The translations under genes and the position numbers were made by a program. DNA of 40,000 nucleotides from positions 182,396-222,395 of the forward strand of contig NZ_JAUSTT010000001.1 in NCBI RefSeq assembly GCF_030812995.1, written 5' to 3'. Source of the DNA: Bacillus chungangensis (GTDB taxonomy: Bacteria; Bacillota; Bacilli; Bacillales; Bacillaceae_C). Each line of letters begins with the position of its first letter. The stretch's first letter is position 1. Below the pieces are notes generated by a model. The model saw only the letters and a program-made list of their open reading frames with translations. It was not told the DNA's origin and searched no databases. This document shows, piece by piece, positions 1-10,491 of the stretch.

Positions 1-2259
1 TAGTTCTTCCCTCACACTTTCAGGAATATCGTCAATATCCTTTTCATTCTCTTTTGGCATAATAATTGTTGTTAAGCCAGCTCGATGGGCACTCAGCGTT
101 TTTTCTTTTAAGCCGCCGATCGGAAGTACTCGTCCTCTCAAGGTGATTTCACCTGTCATGCCAACTTCTTTCCTAATCGGTCGATTAGTTAGTGCAGAAA
201 CTAAAGCAGTTGCCATTGTAATCCCAGCTGAAGGTCCATCCTTAGGAACCGCCCCTTCCGGCACATGTACGTGGATGTCTACTTTTTCATGAAAATTTTT
301 ATCCAGCTTTAGCTCTTCTGCTTTTGAGCGTACAAAACTAAAGGCTGCTTGAGCTGATTCTTTCATTACGTCACCTAGTTTTCCAGTTAACACAAGCTTG
401 CCTTTTCCAGGTGAAAGCGAAACTTCAATTTGAAGCGTGTCTCCTCCAACTGTTGTATAAGCAAGCCCAGTTGCTACACCAACCTGGTTCTCCATTTCCG
501 CTTGTCCATAACGATATTTAGGTTTGCCCAGAAAATCGGCAAGATTCTTTTCAGTCATGATGACCCGTTTCTTTTCACCTGCGACCATAATTTTAGCTGT
601 TTTTCGGCAAAGGGTAGCAATTTGTCTTTCCAATTCCCTTACACCGGCTTCTCTTGTATAATAACGAACTATTTTTTGAAAAGTCTGATCTCTAATTTGC
701 AATTGTCGTTTTGTTAAACCATGATTTTTTAATTGTTTTTCCAATAAGTGATCTTTTGCAATTTTGATTTTTTCCAATTCCGTATATCCTGCAATCGTGA
801 TAATTTCCATCCGATCACGAAGCGGCCCTGGGATTGTTGCTAAATTATTTGCTGTCGCAATAAACATAACTTTAGATAAATCATACGTCTCTTCAATATA
901 ATGGTCGCTAAACGTATTGTTTTGCTCTGGATCTAGTACTTCTAACATAGCAGAAGAAGGATCGCCTCGAAAGTCGCTCGACATTTTATCTACTTCATCT
1001 AGCAAAAATACCGGATTAATAGTAGTCGCTTTTTTCATGCCTTGAATAATTCTTCCTGGCATTGCTCCTACATATGTTCTGCGATGCCCCCGAATTTCTG
1101 ATTCATCTCGAACTCCCCCTAAGGAAATACGGACAAATTTTCGGCCTAAAGATTCTGCGATTGAGCGTGCAAGACTCGTTTTTCCAACGCCTGGAGGACC
1201 TGCGAGGCAAAGGATAGGGCCTTTTAGTGAATTCGTCAAATGTTGTACAGCCAAATATTCAAGCACACGCTCTTTCACTTTTTCAAGTCCATAGTGATCG
1301 CGATTTAAAATTTTCTCTGCTTTTTCAATATTTAGGTCATCCTTTGTTGCCTTCGTCCAAGGCAGCGAAGTCAGCCAATCTAAATAGTTTCGAATCACAG
1401 CACTTTCCGCAGAAGCGGATGGAACTTTTTCATAGCGATCCAGTTCTTTAAGCGCTGCTTTTTTTACGTGTTCCGGCATCTCCGCTTTTTCAATTTTTTC
1501 TGTCAGCTCAGCAATTTCACCGGTTTTTCCTTCTTTATCACCAAGTTCTTTTTGGATAGCTTTCATTTGCTCTCGCAAATAGTACTCTTTTTGTGTTCTT
1601 TCCATCGATTTCTTTACACGCTGGCCAATTTTCTTTTCTAAGCTTAATACTTCTTTTTCGTTGTGAATCATTTCAATCACACGAATCATTCTTGTTTTAA
1701 TATGCACAGTTTCAAGTATTTCTTGCTTATCCTGAAGCTTTAATGGCAAGTGAGAAATGATCACATCTGCCATCCTTCCAGGTTCTTCTATATCTGCTAC
1801 TGTTGCAAAAGCTTCAGCAGAAATTTTATTGGACAGTTTTATGTATTGCTCAAAATAATCGAGCATTGTTCTCATCAACGCTTCCATTTCTGTATCAACA
1901 TTGTTGTCATCTTTAAAGATTTTCAGTTTTACATTATAATGATGATCTTCTTGAATAAATTTAACAATTTCAGCGCGCTTTAAGCCTTCCACTAAGACAC
2001 GTATTGTGCCGTTTGGAAGCTTGAGCATTTGTTTGACCTTTGTAAAAGTTCCCATTTTGTAAATATCACTTTCATCAGGATCATCTATGGAAACATCCTT
2101 TTGTGTAGCCAAAAGAATTAAATTATCACCCATCATCGCTTGTTCCAACGCTTCAACAGACGCCTTTCTTCCTACATCTAAATGAAGCACCATCGTTGGA
2201 TAAACAAGCATTCCTCTTAAAGGCAAAAGAGGAACAACTGGCTCATTATTCTGTGACAT
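1..2259 (-). CDS. lonA: ATP-dependent Lon protease LonA (C-terminal ~20 codons lie beyond window start)
   Basis: Minus-strand frame is open from ATG at 2257-2259 (RBS GGGAGGTG upstream) to the window edge. N-terminus is [32 protein letters not shown]. Walker [14 protein letters not shown] lies near 1180-1215. The visible end ...[11 protein letters not shown] matches the Lon C-terminal region. Absent from the ORF track because no stop lies in the window. Confidence 0.95.
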   Translation of the reverse strand, partial: MSQNNEPVVPLLPLRGMLVYPTMVLHLDVGRKASVEALEQAMMGDNLILLATQKDVSIDDPDESDIYKMGTFTKVKQMLKLPNGTIRVLVEGLKRAEIVKFIQEDHHYNVKLKIFKDDNNVDTEMEALMRTMLDYFEQYIKLSNKISAEAFATVADIEEPGRMADVIISHLPLKLQDKQEILETVHIKTRMIRVIEMIHNEKEVLSLEKKIGQRVKKSMERTQKEYYLREQMKAIQKELGDKEGKTGEIAELTEKIEKAEMPEHVKKAALKELDRYEKVPSASAESAVIRNYLDWLTSLPWTKATKDDLNIEKAEKILNRDHYGLEKVKERVLEYLAVQHLTNSLKGPILCLAGPPGVGKTSLARSIAESLGRKFVRISLGGVRDESEIRGHRRTYVGAMPGRIIQGMKKATTINPVFLLDEVDKMSSDFRGDPSSAMLEVLDPEQNNTFSDHYIEETYDLSKVMFIATANNLATIPGPLRDRMEIITIAGYTELEKIKIAKDHLLEKQLKNHGLTKRQLQIRDQTFQKIVRYYTREAGVRELERQIATLCRKTAKIMVAGEKKRVIMTEKNLADFLGKPKYRYGQAEMENQVGVATGLAYTTVGGDTLQIEVSLSPGKGKLVLTGKLGDVMKESAQAAFSFVRSKAEELKLDKNFHEKVDIHVHVPEGAVPKDGPSAGITMATALVSALTNRPIRKEVGMTGEITLRGRVLPIGGLKEKTLSAHRAGLTTIIMPKENEKDIDDIPESVREEL

Positions 2260-2354
2260 ATCGTGCACCTCCCAGTACAACCTCGTAAGTAAAATTAAGT
2301 AACACTTTTATCGGAAGGAGGGCTTTCCCTCCATCCAGAGAATCTCTTTTCCCA

Positions 2355-2490
2355 CACTAATCGGACATTTCGCTTCCGTTATCCCCTACCTAGATTTCCC
2401 TCATTCCTAAATTGTTTATAAGCAGCAGACATTCCCCAAAAAATCTTCATGCAGTGCTGATTTTATCGTTTGGCTAAATGTGGGTAACGT
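2355..2490 (+). repeat. Degenerate copy (D) of the structured repeat family, in the lonA upstream leader
   Basis: aatcggacatttcgcttccgttatcccctacctagatttcc ... ggctaaatgtgggtaacg aligns by eye with the 3' half of the copies at 10207-10316 and 11728-11844 (aatcggacatttactggcagttatcccccac...agatgtgggataaac). Confidence 0.5.
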
Positions 2491-2745
2491 ATAACCTCTA
2501 TCAAGTGAAAGGAGCAATTCCCCTCATTATCACAACACTTCACAAAAAATACTTGTGACCTATGCCCTATAATCTTCTATGCAGATTGAGATTGCCTGAA
2601 CGGGTAAATGATAAGGATTCCTTATCTTTGTACAATTCTAACCCATTTATAAAAACGTGTCTATTATCGCAGCATTCCGATGCTATTTTTTTCTGTTCTT
2701 CCTATTTTCGCTTTACTTTTAGAATGTATCAAGAAAAGCGCATTT

Positions 2746-2780
2746 CATAAAAAATCGACTTGGGATAAACCAAATCGATT
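2746..2780 (-). terminator. Rho-independent terminator downstream of lonB
   Basis: Minus-strand hairpin aatcgatttgg/ccaagtcgatt (one G-U pair) followed by a TTTTTTAT tract, about 65 nt after the lonB stop. Confidence 0.7.
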
Positions 2781-2845
2781 TTATCTGATTTGTCAGGACG
2801 AAGTTAGTACACCCTTCCAAGTCGATTCACACTTCTTTCATCATT

Positions 2846-4477
2846 CTACATGCTTTCTTTCTGCTCAAATTTATTTACAAGCGCCACTTCATACACTTCT
2901 TCTAATTGTTTAACTGGAATAATTTGAATACCGCTTATTTTATGCAACATTGCTTGCATATTTTCAAAAGGAACAATCACTGTTTTTACACCAGCTTTTT
3001 TTGCAGCTTTCACCTTTGCTAAAATACCGCCAATTGGTTTTACACTTCCGTGGATGCTTATCTCTCCCGTCATCGCAACCTCATTATTTACTGGGATTCG
3101 ATAAATAGCAGAATAGATGCCCGTTGCCATTGCTATGCCAGCAGAAGGTCCGTCAATCGGAATACCACCAGGGAAGTTAACATGAATATCATACTGCTCA
3201 GCTGGAACACCCATCGTACGCAGTACTGTAATGACATTTTCAACAGAGCCTTTCGCCATACTTTTTCGGCGAATAGATTTTCCTTGGCCGCCAATATTTT
3301 CTTCTTCGATAATACCAGTAATATTGATCGATCCTTTTTCCTTAGCAGGAATAACCGTCACTTCAATTTCTAACAGCATACCGCAATTAGGTCCAGTAAT
3401 TGCAAGGCCATTTACTAGCCCAATTTTCGCTTTATCTGCAATTTTCTTCTCTGGTCTTGGCATTAATTGGCTTGATTGTACAATCCAATCAATGTCTTCA
3501 TTCGTAATGTGATTTCTTCCTTCAGTTATAGCGAGCCCAGCTGCTATTTGCACAATATTAACAGCTTCACGGCCATTGCGAGCATGTGAGGCTAAATAAT
3601 GAATTCCTTTTTCCGGAATGGACACTTCCATTTTATCACAGGCTTTTTTAGCAACAATCATTATCTCTTCTTGATCCAGTTCACGAAAAAAAACTTCCAT
3701 GCATCGTGAACGAATTGCAGCTGGTATTTCGTTAGGTGTTCTTGTTGTGGCACCTATTAAGCGAAAGTCAGCAGGGAGCCCATTCTTAAAAATATCATGG
3801 ATATGCAATGGGATTTGTGTATTTTCTTCACTATAATATGCACTTTCTAAAAATACTTTACGATCCTCTAACACTTTTAAAAGTTTGTTCATTTGAATCG
3901 AGTGCAATTCTCCGATTTCATCAATAAAAAGAACTCCTCCATGTGCATTCGTTACAGCACCTTGTTTCGGTTGTGGAATGCCTGCTTGCCCCATGGCACC
4001 TGCACCTTGATAGATAGGATCATGCACTGATCCTATGAGAGGATCCGCAATCCCACGCTCATCAAAGCGGGCTGTTGTTGCGTCCAATTCTACAAATACA
4101 GCATTTTGTTGGAAAGGAGATTTTTCTTGACGTTTTGCCTCTTCCAACACAAGGCGTGCAGCAGCTGTCTTGCCTACCCCAGGCGGCCCGTAAATAATGA
4201 CGTGCTGAGGGTTAGGGCTGCAAAGTGCAGCTTTAAGAGATTTGATACCATCTTCCTGGCCAACAATATCTCCAAAGGATGCTGGTCTTACTCGTTCTGC
4301 TAACGGTTCTGTTAAAGAGATGGAGCGCAGCTTTCGCAATTGCGCCATTTCTTTTCTCGATTCACGATCGATGGATACTTTCTGTGTTCGTTGATTTTTA
4401 AGCAAACTCCAAAAATATAAACCGATAATCACACCAAAAAATAATTGAATCATTAATGCTATCCCTGTCCAATGCAT
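2846..4477 (-). CDS. lonB: Lon-like ATP-dependent protease LonB (membrane-anchored, sporulation-type)
   Basis: ORF track 2846..4516. The preferred start is ATG at 4475-4477 (MHWTGIALMIQLFFGVIIGLYFWSLLKNQRTQK) with GGAGG 8 nt upstream. It has an N-terminal TM helix, Walker [14 protein letters not shown] and a C-terminal Lon protease domain (DGPSAGIAMATGIYSA). Confidence 0.93.
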   Translation of the reverse strand: MHWTGIALMIQLFFGVIIGLYFWSLLKNQRTQKVSIDRESRKEMAQLRKLRSISLTEPLAERVRPASFGDIVGQEDGIKSLKAALCSPNPQHVIIYGPPGVGKTAAARLVLEEAKRQEKSPFQQNAVFVELDATTARFDERGIADPLIGSVHDPIYQGAGAMGQAGIPQPKQGAVTNAHGGVLFIDEIGELHSIQMNKLLKVLEDRKVFLESAYYSEENTQIPLHIHDIFKNGLPADFRLIGATTRTPNEIPAAIRSRCMEVFFRELDQEEIMIVAKKACDKMEVSIPEKGIHYLASHARNGREAVNIVQIAAGLAITEGRNHITNEDIDWIVQSSQLMPRPEKKIADKAKIGLVNGLAITGPNCGMLLEIEVTVIPAKEKGSINITGIIEEENIGGQGKSIRRKSMAKGSVENVITVLRTMGVPAEQYDIHVNFPGGIPIDGPSAGIAMATGIYSAIYRIPVNNEVAMTGEISIHGSVKPIGGILAKVKAAKKAGVKTVIVPFENMQAMLHKISGIQIIPVKQLEEVYEVALVNKFEQKESM

Positions 4478-4699
4478 GACATCAACCTCCAGCCTAACCT
4501 TTTTATCCGCATTCAATCGAATTGAAACACTTTTCTCATTAATTGTTTGTTCTTTAAAACGCTTGAGTAAAAGTGATTATAAAACGATCGAAAGCATTTT
4601 TGATCTCGTTTAATTAGTTATCTCACTAAAGGTTAGTATCTCCTGGATAGAGCGGGAATAAACTTTTTTTATTGCCTGAAAAATATCCAATTATCGGAA

Positions 4700-4740
4700 T
4701 ACAAAAGCAGCCTTGGCTTATCGATGTCCAAGGCTGCTTG
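4700..4740 (-). terminator. Rho-independent terminator downstream of clpX
   Basis: Minus-strand hairpin gcagccttgg-(10 nt loop)-ccaaggctgc followed by TTTTGTATT. Confidence 0.8.
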
Positions 4741-4860
4741 CTATCTCTTGATTCCCGTGTGGCATGTAAGTATGAAAAATGATTTTCTCATTTCACTTAA
4801 GCATTACCACATCACGTAAGCGAATTTATTGTGTCGTCTTAGCTTAGCGCCAGAAAAGAT

Positions 4861-6138
4861 TTACGCAGATGTTTTTGATTTTTTATCAGCATCTACAGGT
4901 GTACCATCTGAGAGCAGCAGTTTTGGCGGCTGCTGTTGATCAAGAACAGATTCTTTTGTGATAATGCATGTTTTTATATCATCACGAGAAGGCAGATCAA
5001 ACATTACCTCAAGCATAATGCTTTCTATAATGGATCGTAGACCGCGTGCGCCTGTTTTTCTTTCAATTGCTTTTTTCGCTATTTCTTTAAGCGCTGATTC
5101 ATCAAATTCCAATTCAACATCATCGAGCTCCAGCATTTTCTGATATTGCTTAACGAGTGCATTTTTTGGCTTTGTTAATATTTCAATGAGTGCTGATTCA
5201 TCAAGCGGCTCTAAACTCGCAATTACAGGTAAACGCCCAATGAACTCTGGAATGAGTCCAAATTTCAATAAATCTTCTGGAACGACTTTTGTTAATAAAG
5301 ATTTGCTGTCTTCTTCTTTCACTTTAGTTGGCTCAGAACCAAAACCAATCACTTTTTGTCCTAAGCGCCGTTTAATGATTTGTTCAATACCATCAAATGC
5401 GCCACCGCAAATGAACAAAATATTAGTTGTGTCAATTTGAATAAATTCTTGGTGAGGATGCTTTCTTCCACCTTGTGGCGGAACACTCGCAACCGTTCCC
5501 TCTAAAATTTTTAATAATGCTTGCTGCACACCTTCTCCAGAAACATCACGTGTAATAGATGGATTTTCCGATTTACGTGCTACCTTATCAATTTCATCAA
5601 TATAGATAATCCCTTTTTCCGCTTTCTCAACGTCATAATCAGCAGCCTGGATCAGTTTTAACAAAATATTTTCAACATCTTCTCCAACATAGCCTGCTTC
5701 TGTTAATGACGTCGCATCAGCAATCGCAAACGGTACATTTAATATCCTTGCAAGCGTTTGTGCCAACAAGGTTTTACCGCTTCCAGTAGGTCCAATGAGC
5801 GCAATATTACTTTTCGCGAGCTCCACATCATCCACTTTGCTGTTGGAATTAATGCGCTTATAATGATTATAGACTGCAACAGCCAATGATTTTTTTGCTT
5901 GGTCTTGGCCAATGACATATTCTTGCAGAATTTCTCTAATTTCCCGAGGTTTTGGTACGTCCTTAAATTCTACTTCTTCTTCAGATCCTAATTCTTCCTC
6001 TACAATTTCTGTACAAAGCTCAATACACTCGTCACATATATATACACCTGGTCCGGCAACAAGCTTTCGGACCTGATCCTGTGTCTTTCCACAAAAAGAA
6101 CATTTTAACTGTCCCTTTTCATCGTTGAATTTAAACAA
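4861..6138 (-). CDS. clpX: ATP-dependent Clp protease ATP-binding subunit ClpX
   Basis: 425 aa with an N-terminal zinc-binding motif (CSFCGK...CDECIELC), Walker [16 protein letters not shown], and RBS AAGGGGTGA upstream of the ATG. Confidence 0.97.
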   Translation of the reverse strand: MFKFNDEKGQLKCSFCGKTQDQVRKLVAGPGVYICDECIELCTEIVEEELGSEEEVEFKDVPKPREIREILQEYVIGQDQAKKSLAVAVYNHYKRINSNSKVDDVELAKSNIALIGPTGSGKTLLAQTLARILNVPFAIADATSLTEAGYVGEDVENILLKLIQAADYDVEKAEKGIIYIDEIDKVARKSENPSITRDVSGEGVQQALLKILEGTVASVPPQGGRKHPHQEFIQIDTTNILFICGGAFDGIEQIIKRRLGQKVIGFGSEPTKVKEEDSKSLLTKVVPEDLLKFGLIPEFIGRLPVIASLEPLDESALIEILTKPKNALVKQYQKMLELDDVELEFDESALKEIAKKAIERKTGARGLRSIIESIMLEVMFDLPSRDDIKTCIITKESVLDQQQPPKLLLSDGTPVDADKKSKTSA

Positions 6139-6752
6139 TGGTTTTCACCCCTTATAAAAACTGGTTTGAAGCGATCTATAACGTGAAGACCAAACAGTAG
6201 GCATGCATCCTAAAAGCTTGACTGAATGATCAAAAACAAAGAAAGCATTTTTCAAGAAAAAGCAATCATCACCTTTTATTTACATAATAGAGAAGCTTTA
6301 GCTAATCTTTGGTGCTACCTCCCTTATTATATAGCTTAATTATAGAGCTTTCCCTTTTACAAGTAGTAATAGTCTTCATAAAAAAGAATCACTCAAATAA
6401 AAAGGTTGGAAAATTCGTCATGAGTTTTCAACTTTAAAACATTGATGTATTGCATTGTATCATAATTAATCAAGGACAGGAACTAAAACACTTATCATCA
6501 TTATGTAAAAATATTTCCAAATTATTTTCGCTAAAGATGTGTGTTCAAAAGAGGAGAAATAGTGCCAAGAAGTTTCAGGATTGAAAGCCTCAATGACCGG
6601 ACTAGATGCGATGTTCTGACTATGTTTTCTGAAAATGTAAAATTCCGTAGATGTTATTACTATATGTGAGATCCGGAGAGAGTACCTCTTTTCCCCAGAC
6701 TATTTGAACAATCTCTAACAGATTTATGTATGTATAAACTACCTTAGACGAT

Positions 6753-6788
6753 TGTATAAAAGAAGGCACGAGTAATCCTTCGCGCCTT
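6753..6788 (-). terminator. Rho-independent terminator downstream of tig
   Basis: Minus-strand hairpin aaggcgcga/tcgtgcctt (one G-U pair) followed by CTTTTATAC. Confidence 0.65.
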
Positions 6789-6912
6789 GTTCTATACAGT
6801 TTTGCTTTTTTATATTTTTATACTTTGCGATTAGTGAATCAACTTCCTGCCATGAATATCTTGTACTTGAACGCAGTCATTATTTCTTCAGTTATATGTC
6901 GCTTCAATATTA

Positions 6913-8199
6913 TTATGCAACAATTTTACTGTTCTGTACAAGAAAATCAATCGCTTTACGAACTTTTAAATCTGTTTGAATGCCATCCAAATTTCCTAAT
7001 GCTTTCTTTATTTCATCTACTTGCATTTGATACATGGATGCCATTTTCTCCAGCTCTTCATTCACTTCTTCTTCAGTCGGTTCTAAGTTTTCTTTCTGAG
7101 CAATTGCCTCTAGCGTTAAATTCATTCGAACACGCTTCTCTGCTTCTGGCTCCATTTGCGTTCTTAGAGCTGCTTCATCTTGTCCAGAATACTGAGTATA
7201 AAGTTCAAGATTCATTCCTTGCATGGATAGACGCTGAACGAATTCTTGCACCATGCGTTCTACTTCATTCTTAACCATCACTTCTGGTAAATCGATTTCT
7301 GCATTTTCTGTTGCTTTTTCGATCACAGTGTCTTCCGTTTTATGTTTTGCTTCATGCTCTTTTGACTCTTTTAGACGTTTTTTGATGCTTTCCTTTAGTT
7401 CATCCAATGATTCTGCTTCTTCATCTACATCTTTAGCAAATTCGTCGTCTAAAGCAGGCAATTCTTTTGTTTTCACTTCATGAACCTTTACTTTAAAAGT
7501 AGCTGGCTTTCCAGCTAATTCTGCTGCATGATATTCCTCTGGGAAAGAGACCTCAATATCTTTTTCTCCCCCTGCCTCTATGCCAATCATTTGTTCTTCA
7601 AAGCCAGGAATAAAAGTATTAGAACCTAAAACAATGGTGTAATTTTCTGCTTTGCCGCCTTCAAATGCTTCTCCATCTACAAAACCTTCAAAATCAATAA
7701 CGACAGTGTCGCCTTCTTCAGCTTTTTCTCCTTCTTTAAGGATCAATTCTGCATATTTTTCTTGAAGTGTTTTCAGTTCATTGTCAATGTCTTCCTCTGT
7801 TACTTCTGTCTCTACTTTTTCAACTTCCAAACCTTTGTATTCGCCGAGCTTTACTTCAGGTTTAACCGTTACAGCAGCAGTAAAGATAAATGGTTTGCCT
7901 TTTTCAATTTGCACGACGTCAATTTCAGGCTGATCTACAGGGAATATTCCTGCTTTATCAACAGCTTCCGCATATGCTTCTGGAAGCATAAAATCTACTG
8001 CATCTGCATAAAGAGATTCCACACCAAATCTTTTTTCAAACATAGGACGTGGTATTTTTCCTTTACGAAAACCAGGGATATTTACTTTTTTTACCATTTT
8101 TTTAAAAGAAGCATCTAACCCTTTATTGACAGTTTCTACATCTACTTCAACCGTTAGAACACCTTTGTTCCCTTCTTTTTTTTCCCAATTTACTGACAT
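6913..8199 (-). CDS. tig: Trigger factor (ribosome-associated peptidyl-prolyl isomerase)
   Basis: 428 aa starting [20 protein letters not shown], with an FKBP-type middle region ([25 protein letters not shown]). RBS GGAGGG. Conserved synteny with clpX and lonB. Confidence 0.97.
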   Translation of the reverse strand: MSVNWEKKEGNKGVLTVEVDVETVNKGLDASFKKMVKKVNIPGFRKGKIPRPMFEKRFGVESLYADAVDFMLPEAYAEAVDKAGIFPVDQPEIDVVQIEKGKPFIFTAAVTVKPEVKLGEYKGLEVEKVETEVTEEDIDNELKTLQEKYAELILKEGEKAEEGDTVVIDFEGFVDGEAFEGGKAENYTIVLGSNTFIPGFEEQMIGIEAGGEKDIEVSFPEEYHAAELAGKPATFKVKVHEVKTKELPALDDEFAKDVDEEAESLDELKESIKKRLKESKEHEAKHKTEDTVIEKATENAEIDLPEVMVKNEVERMVQEFVQRLSMQGMNLELYTQYSGQDEAALRTQMEPEAEKRVRMNLTLEAIAQKENLEPTEEEVNEELEKMASMYQMQVDEIKKALGNLDGIQTDLKVRKAIDFLVQNSKIVA

Positions 8200-8495
8200 T
8201 CACATTCCCTCCAACAACAGTTAAAATGAATCAGTGAGCTTAAACTGCAAGCATGTACACTGATAAAAAGGGGATCAACCCTAAAAAATCCCTGATAAAT
8301 GAACAACAAGTTGTTCATTTTAATTTGTCATATTTTAAAATAAAGATAGGTGTTGAAAAAAGTTCATGATATAACCATTTTATTATAACATAGGTTTTTT
8401 TTGTTTCAAGTCTGTGTTTAAAAGTCATAAATAAGACAAAAGGGAAGAAGAAGTTTTTATTAGATGGCTTCCCCTTGCATTAAGAAAGAGTGTTA

Positions 8496-9542
8496 TCATT
8501 CATAAAGTATCGAAATTCCCTCTAACGTTTCTACAAAAGCAAGTGCCGCCCGCAAGGCAGCTTCGTCCAAACAATAAAACTCACAATTTTTCTTTATATC
8601 TAGTGTCTGATCGTATAATACCTGTGCCCGTAATAGATAAGCAACAGACCAAAGCAGTGCATTATCCTCCTCTGGTTCAAATGGATAAAGTAAAAAAAAG
8701 TGGTGTTTCATCATGGCGGTGATCTGTTCGTATAAGGTAGGATCCTGTTGCTCTACGATTTTCTGAAGCGTGTCTAACATTTGCAAATATAGCGGTGTTT
8801 CTAACACGTTTGCTGTATGGGCAGGGATAAAAGTTCCCTTTAAATGAAGCTTCTGTACTTCAATTTCTTTTTCTATTCTATGTTCTTTTAAAACATGGAA
8901 TAGAATAGCTTGAATAAATGGGTCTTTTTGAGCATCTTTTAAATAGACAATTAATTCTTCCATATAAGGATGAATATTTTTATGCGCCAATTGTGCTGCA
9001 AGAAATGATTGTTCTTTTAAATTCCCATTGTTAAACAATTTTTCTTGAATAACCGAATCACTCTGCTTTTCAACTATTTTTTCTGGTGAGCCCACAAGTG
9101 GTGTTTCTTTTGACATCCTGCTTTCACATAGCAGCAACAAATCTTGATAATATTCCAATTTATCATCTGGGATCTGCTGTTCCTCTATAAGCATCGTAAT
9201 GGCATCTGTCACTTTGCTTTCTTCCTGTAAATGCAGCAAAACCATTAAATATATATCGAAAATTTCTATATAATCGCCGATTCCTTTGCTTAACATGTCA
9301 TCACAATGAATCCTTGCTTTTTCAAAAGCGCCTGCCTCATAATAAGCTAACAAAAGCCCCATTCCAATTTCTTCATCTTCTGGATCATAATTCGCTGCTT
9401 CTGTAAAATAATGAATCGCTTTTTCATATTGACGATGTTCTAAAGATTCAAAACCTAAATGACGCAATCTATCTTCTAATCCAGGAAAAGGTATCAAATT
9501 ATTAATGTGTTTCTTTCCACCTGGTTTTTCCATTTTCATCAT
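8496..9542 (-). CDS. ysoA: TPR-repeat protein, YsoA-like
   Basis: 348-aa ORF with TPR-like helical repeats (YEKAIHYFTEAANYDPEDEE..., AYYEAGAFEKARIHCDDML). Its position next to tig matches B. subtilis ysoA. The true start may be the ATG at 9533 (MEKPGG), which has GAAGGA 8 nt upstream. Confidence 0.7.
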   Translation of the reverse strand: MMKMEKPGGKKHINNLIPFPGLEDRLRHLGFESLEHRQYEKAIHYFTEAANYDPEDEEIGMGLLLAYYEAGAFEKARIHCDDMLSKGIGDYIEIFDIYLMVLLHLQEESKVTDAITMLIEEQQIPDDKLEYYQDLLLLCESRMSKETPLVGSPEKIVEKQSDSVIQEKLFNNGNLKEQSFLAAQLAHKNIHPYMEELIVYLKDAQKDPFIQAILFHVLKEHRIEKEIEVQKLHLKGTFIPAHTANVLETPLYLQMLDTLQKIVEQQDPTLYEQITAMMKHHFFLLYPFEPEEDNALLWSVAYLLRAQVLYDQTLDIKKNCEFYCLDEAALRAALAFVETLEGISILYE

Positions 9543-9561
9543 CCTTCATAAACATGAAAAT

Positions 9562-9775
9562 ATAAAGTAAATTTTTCAGAAGTTTTTTCTTATTAGAAAG
9601 GCAAGGAACGCAACGTTTTCGAAAAAGGAATCCTTTTTCTTCGCCCATTGCTATGCAAAAAGCTTTCCTATTTACCAATTGGACTTTTGACTTTCAGTTA
9701 TCCCCTACCTAGACTTCTTCTATTCCTTTAATCTTAATCCAGAGGCCTTACTTACCAGTAAATTGTGAGTAAAAA
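9562..9775 (+). repeat. Degenerate copy (C) of the structured repeat family, ending about 20 nt from the ysoA start codon
   Basis: ataaagtaaattttt...aaaggcaaggaacgcaacg...ctttttcttcgcccattgcta...accaattggacttttgactttcagttatcccctacctagacttcttc...ccagaggccttacttaccagtaaattgtgagtaaaaa aligns by eye with copy R1, including R1's extra 59-nt segment. The first hairpin is eroded. Confidence 0.6.
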
Positions 9776-10034
9776 TCAAATTTTCTTTGGCAGCCTCTAT
9801 AAAAACTAAAAAAGTTTACCTTTTTTGGCAAACTTCTTTACACTTGATATTCGAACGTTTAAAAAACTCCATACGCTCTCTGTGTAAAATATGTTAATTT
9901 TATCTTTTTTAGGAGCTGCTTCTGGTCTTATATATAACGCTTATTTAAGTATAACGGTTGTAAAGAAATTATAAAAGTTCGAGATAATAAAAAATGACTA
10001 AAAATCAGAAAGAAAGTCTGCCAATATATTGCGC

Positions 10035-10316
10035 AATAAAGTAAAACTTCCATCAGTGGGGGTTTTCTCTCATCCCCCACTGATAAGAAGTAGAACAAAG
10101 GCTAAGATCGCAACGTCCTGTTGCAACGCCTTTGTGACCGACATCCTCAAAAAAGAAGAGCACTTTTTCTTCGTGCGATGCTGATTCAAGGAGCTTTCCT
10201 TGTCCTGTCGGCCCGAACCAATCGGACATTTACTGGCAGTTATCCCCCACATAGACTTCTTGATTACTCTAACTCTTGAGGTGGGGGTCTTACTGCCAGT
10301 TAGATGTGGGATAAAC
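10035..10316 (+). repeat. Structured repeat copy R1 (282 bp)
   Basis: Near-identical to 11614-11844 except for a 59-nt extra segment (10148-10206) and a different loop sequence. Hairpins: cttccatcagtggggg/cccccactgataagaag; acaaaggc...gcaac-gtcct-gttgc...gcctttgt; ccgac...gtcgg; tactggcagttatcccccac/gtgggggtcttactgccagta. Confidence 0.9.
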
Positions 10317-10417
10317 AAATGTAAGTAATATAAAATGAAACGAAATACGATAGGTCGTGCAGCTGTCTATAATGAAAAGAGTTACACTCGGATTATGTAA
10401 ATTAGATGTTGAATGAA

Positions 10418-10453
10418 TAAAAAATATCCGTAAAGGCCTTACCCTTACGGATA
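10418..10453 (-). terminator. Rho-independent terminator of the 180-aa gene
   Basis: Minus-strand hairpin tatccgtaa-(11 nt)-ttacggata followed by TTTTTTATT. Confidence 0.8.
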
Positions 10454-10491
10454 CAATTGAGTGAATACAGTATTGAAATAAAATGTTCAGG

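Noticed and set aside
430-1983. Track ORFs 430..717, 1227..1451 and 1750..1983 on the plus strand
   Set aside because: They lie antisense inside the lonA coding frame, have low-complexity odd composition and no RBS. The opposite strand gives an unmistakable Lon sequence.
3050-8118. Plus-strand track ORFs inside lonB, clpX and tig (for example 3050..3373, 4958..5143, 6825..7274, 7762..8118)
   Set aside because: They are antisense shadows of confidently identified housekeeping genes, with no independent signals.
10231-10316. DnaA-box-like strings (ttatcccccac, tgtgggataa) in the repeats
   Set aside because: They differ from TTATCCACA by inserted C/G residues and are better explained as paired arms of the element's hairpins. 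There is no origin context (no dnaA/dnaN, no AT-rich unwinding element).
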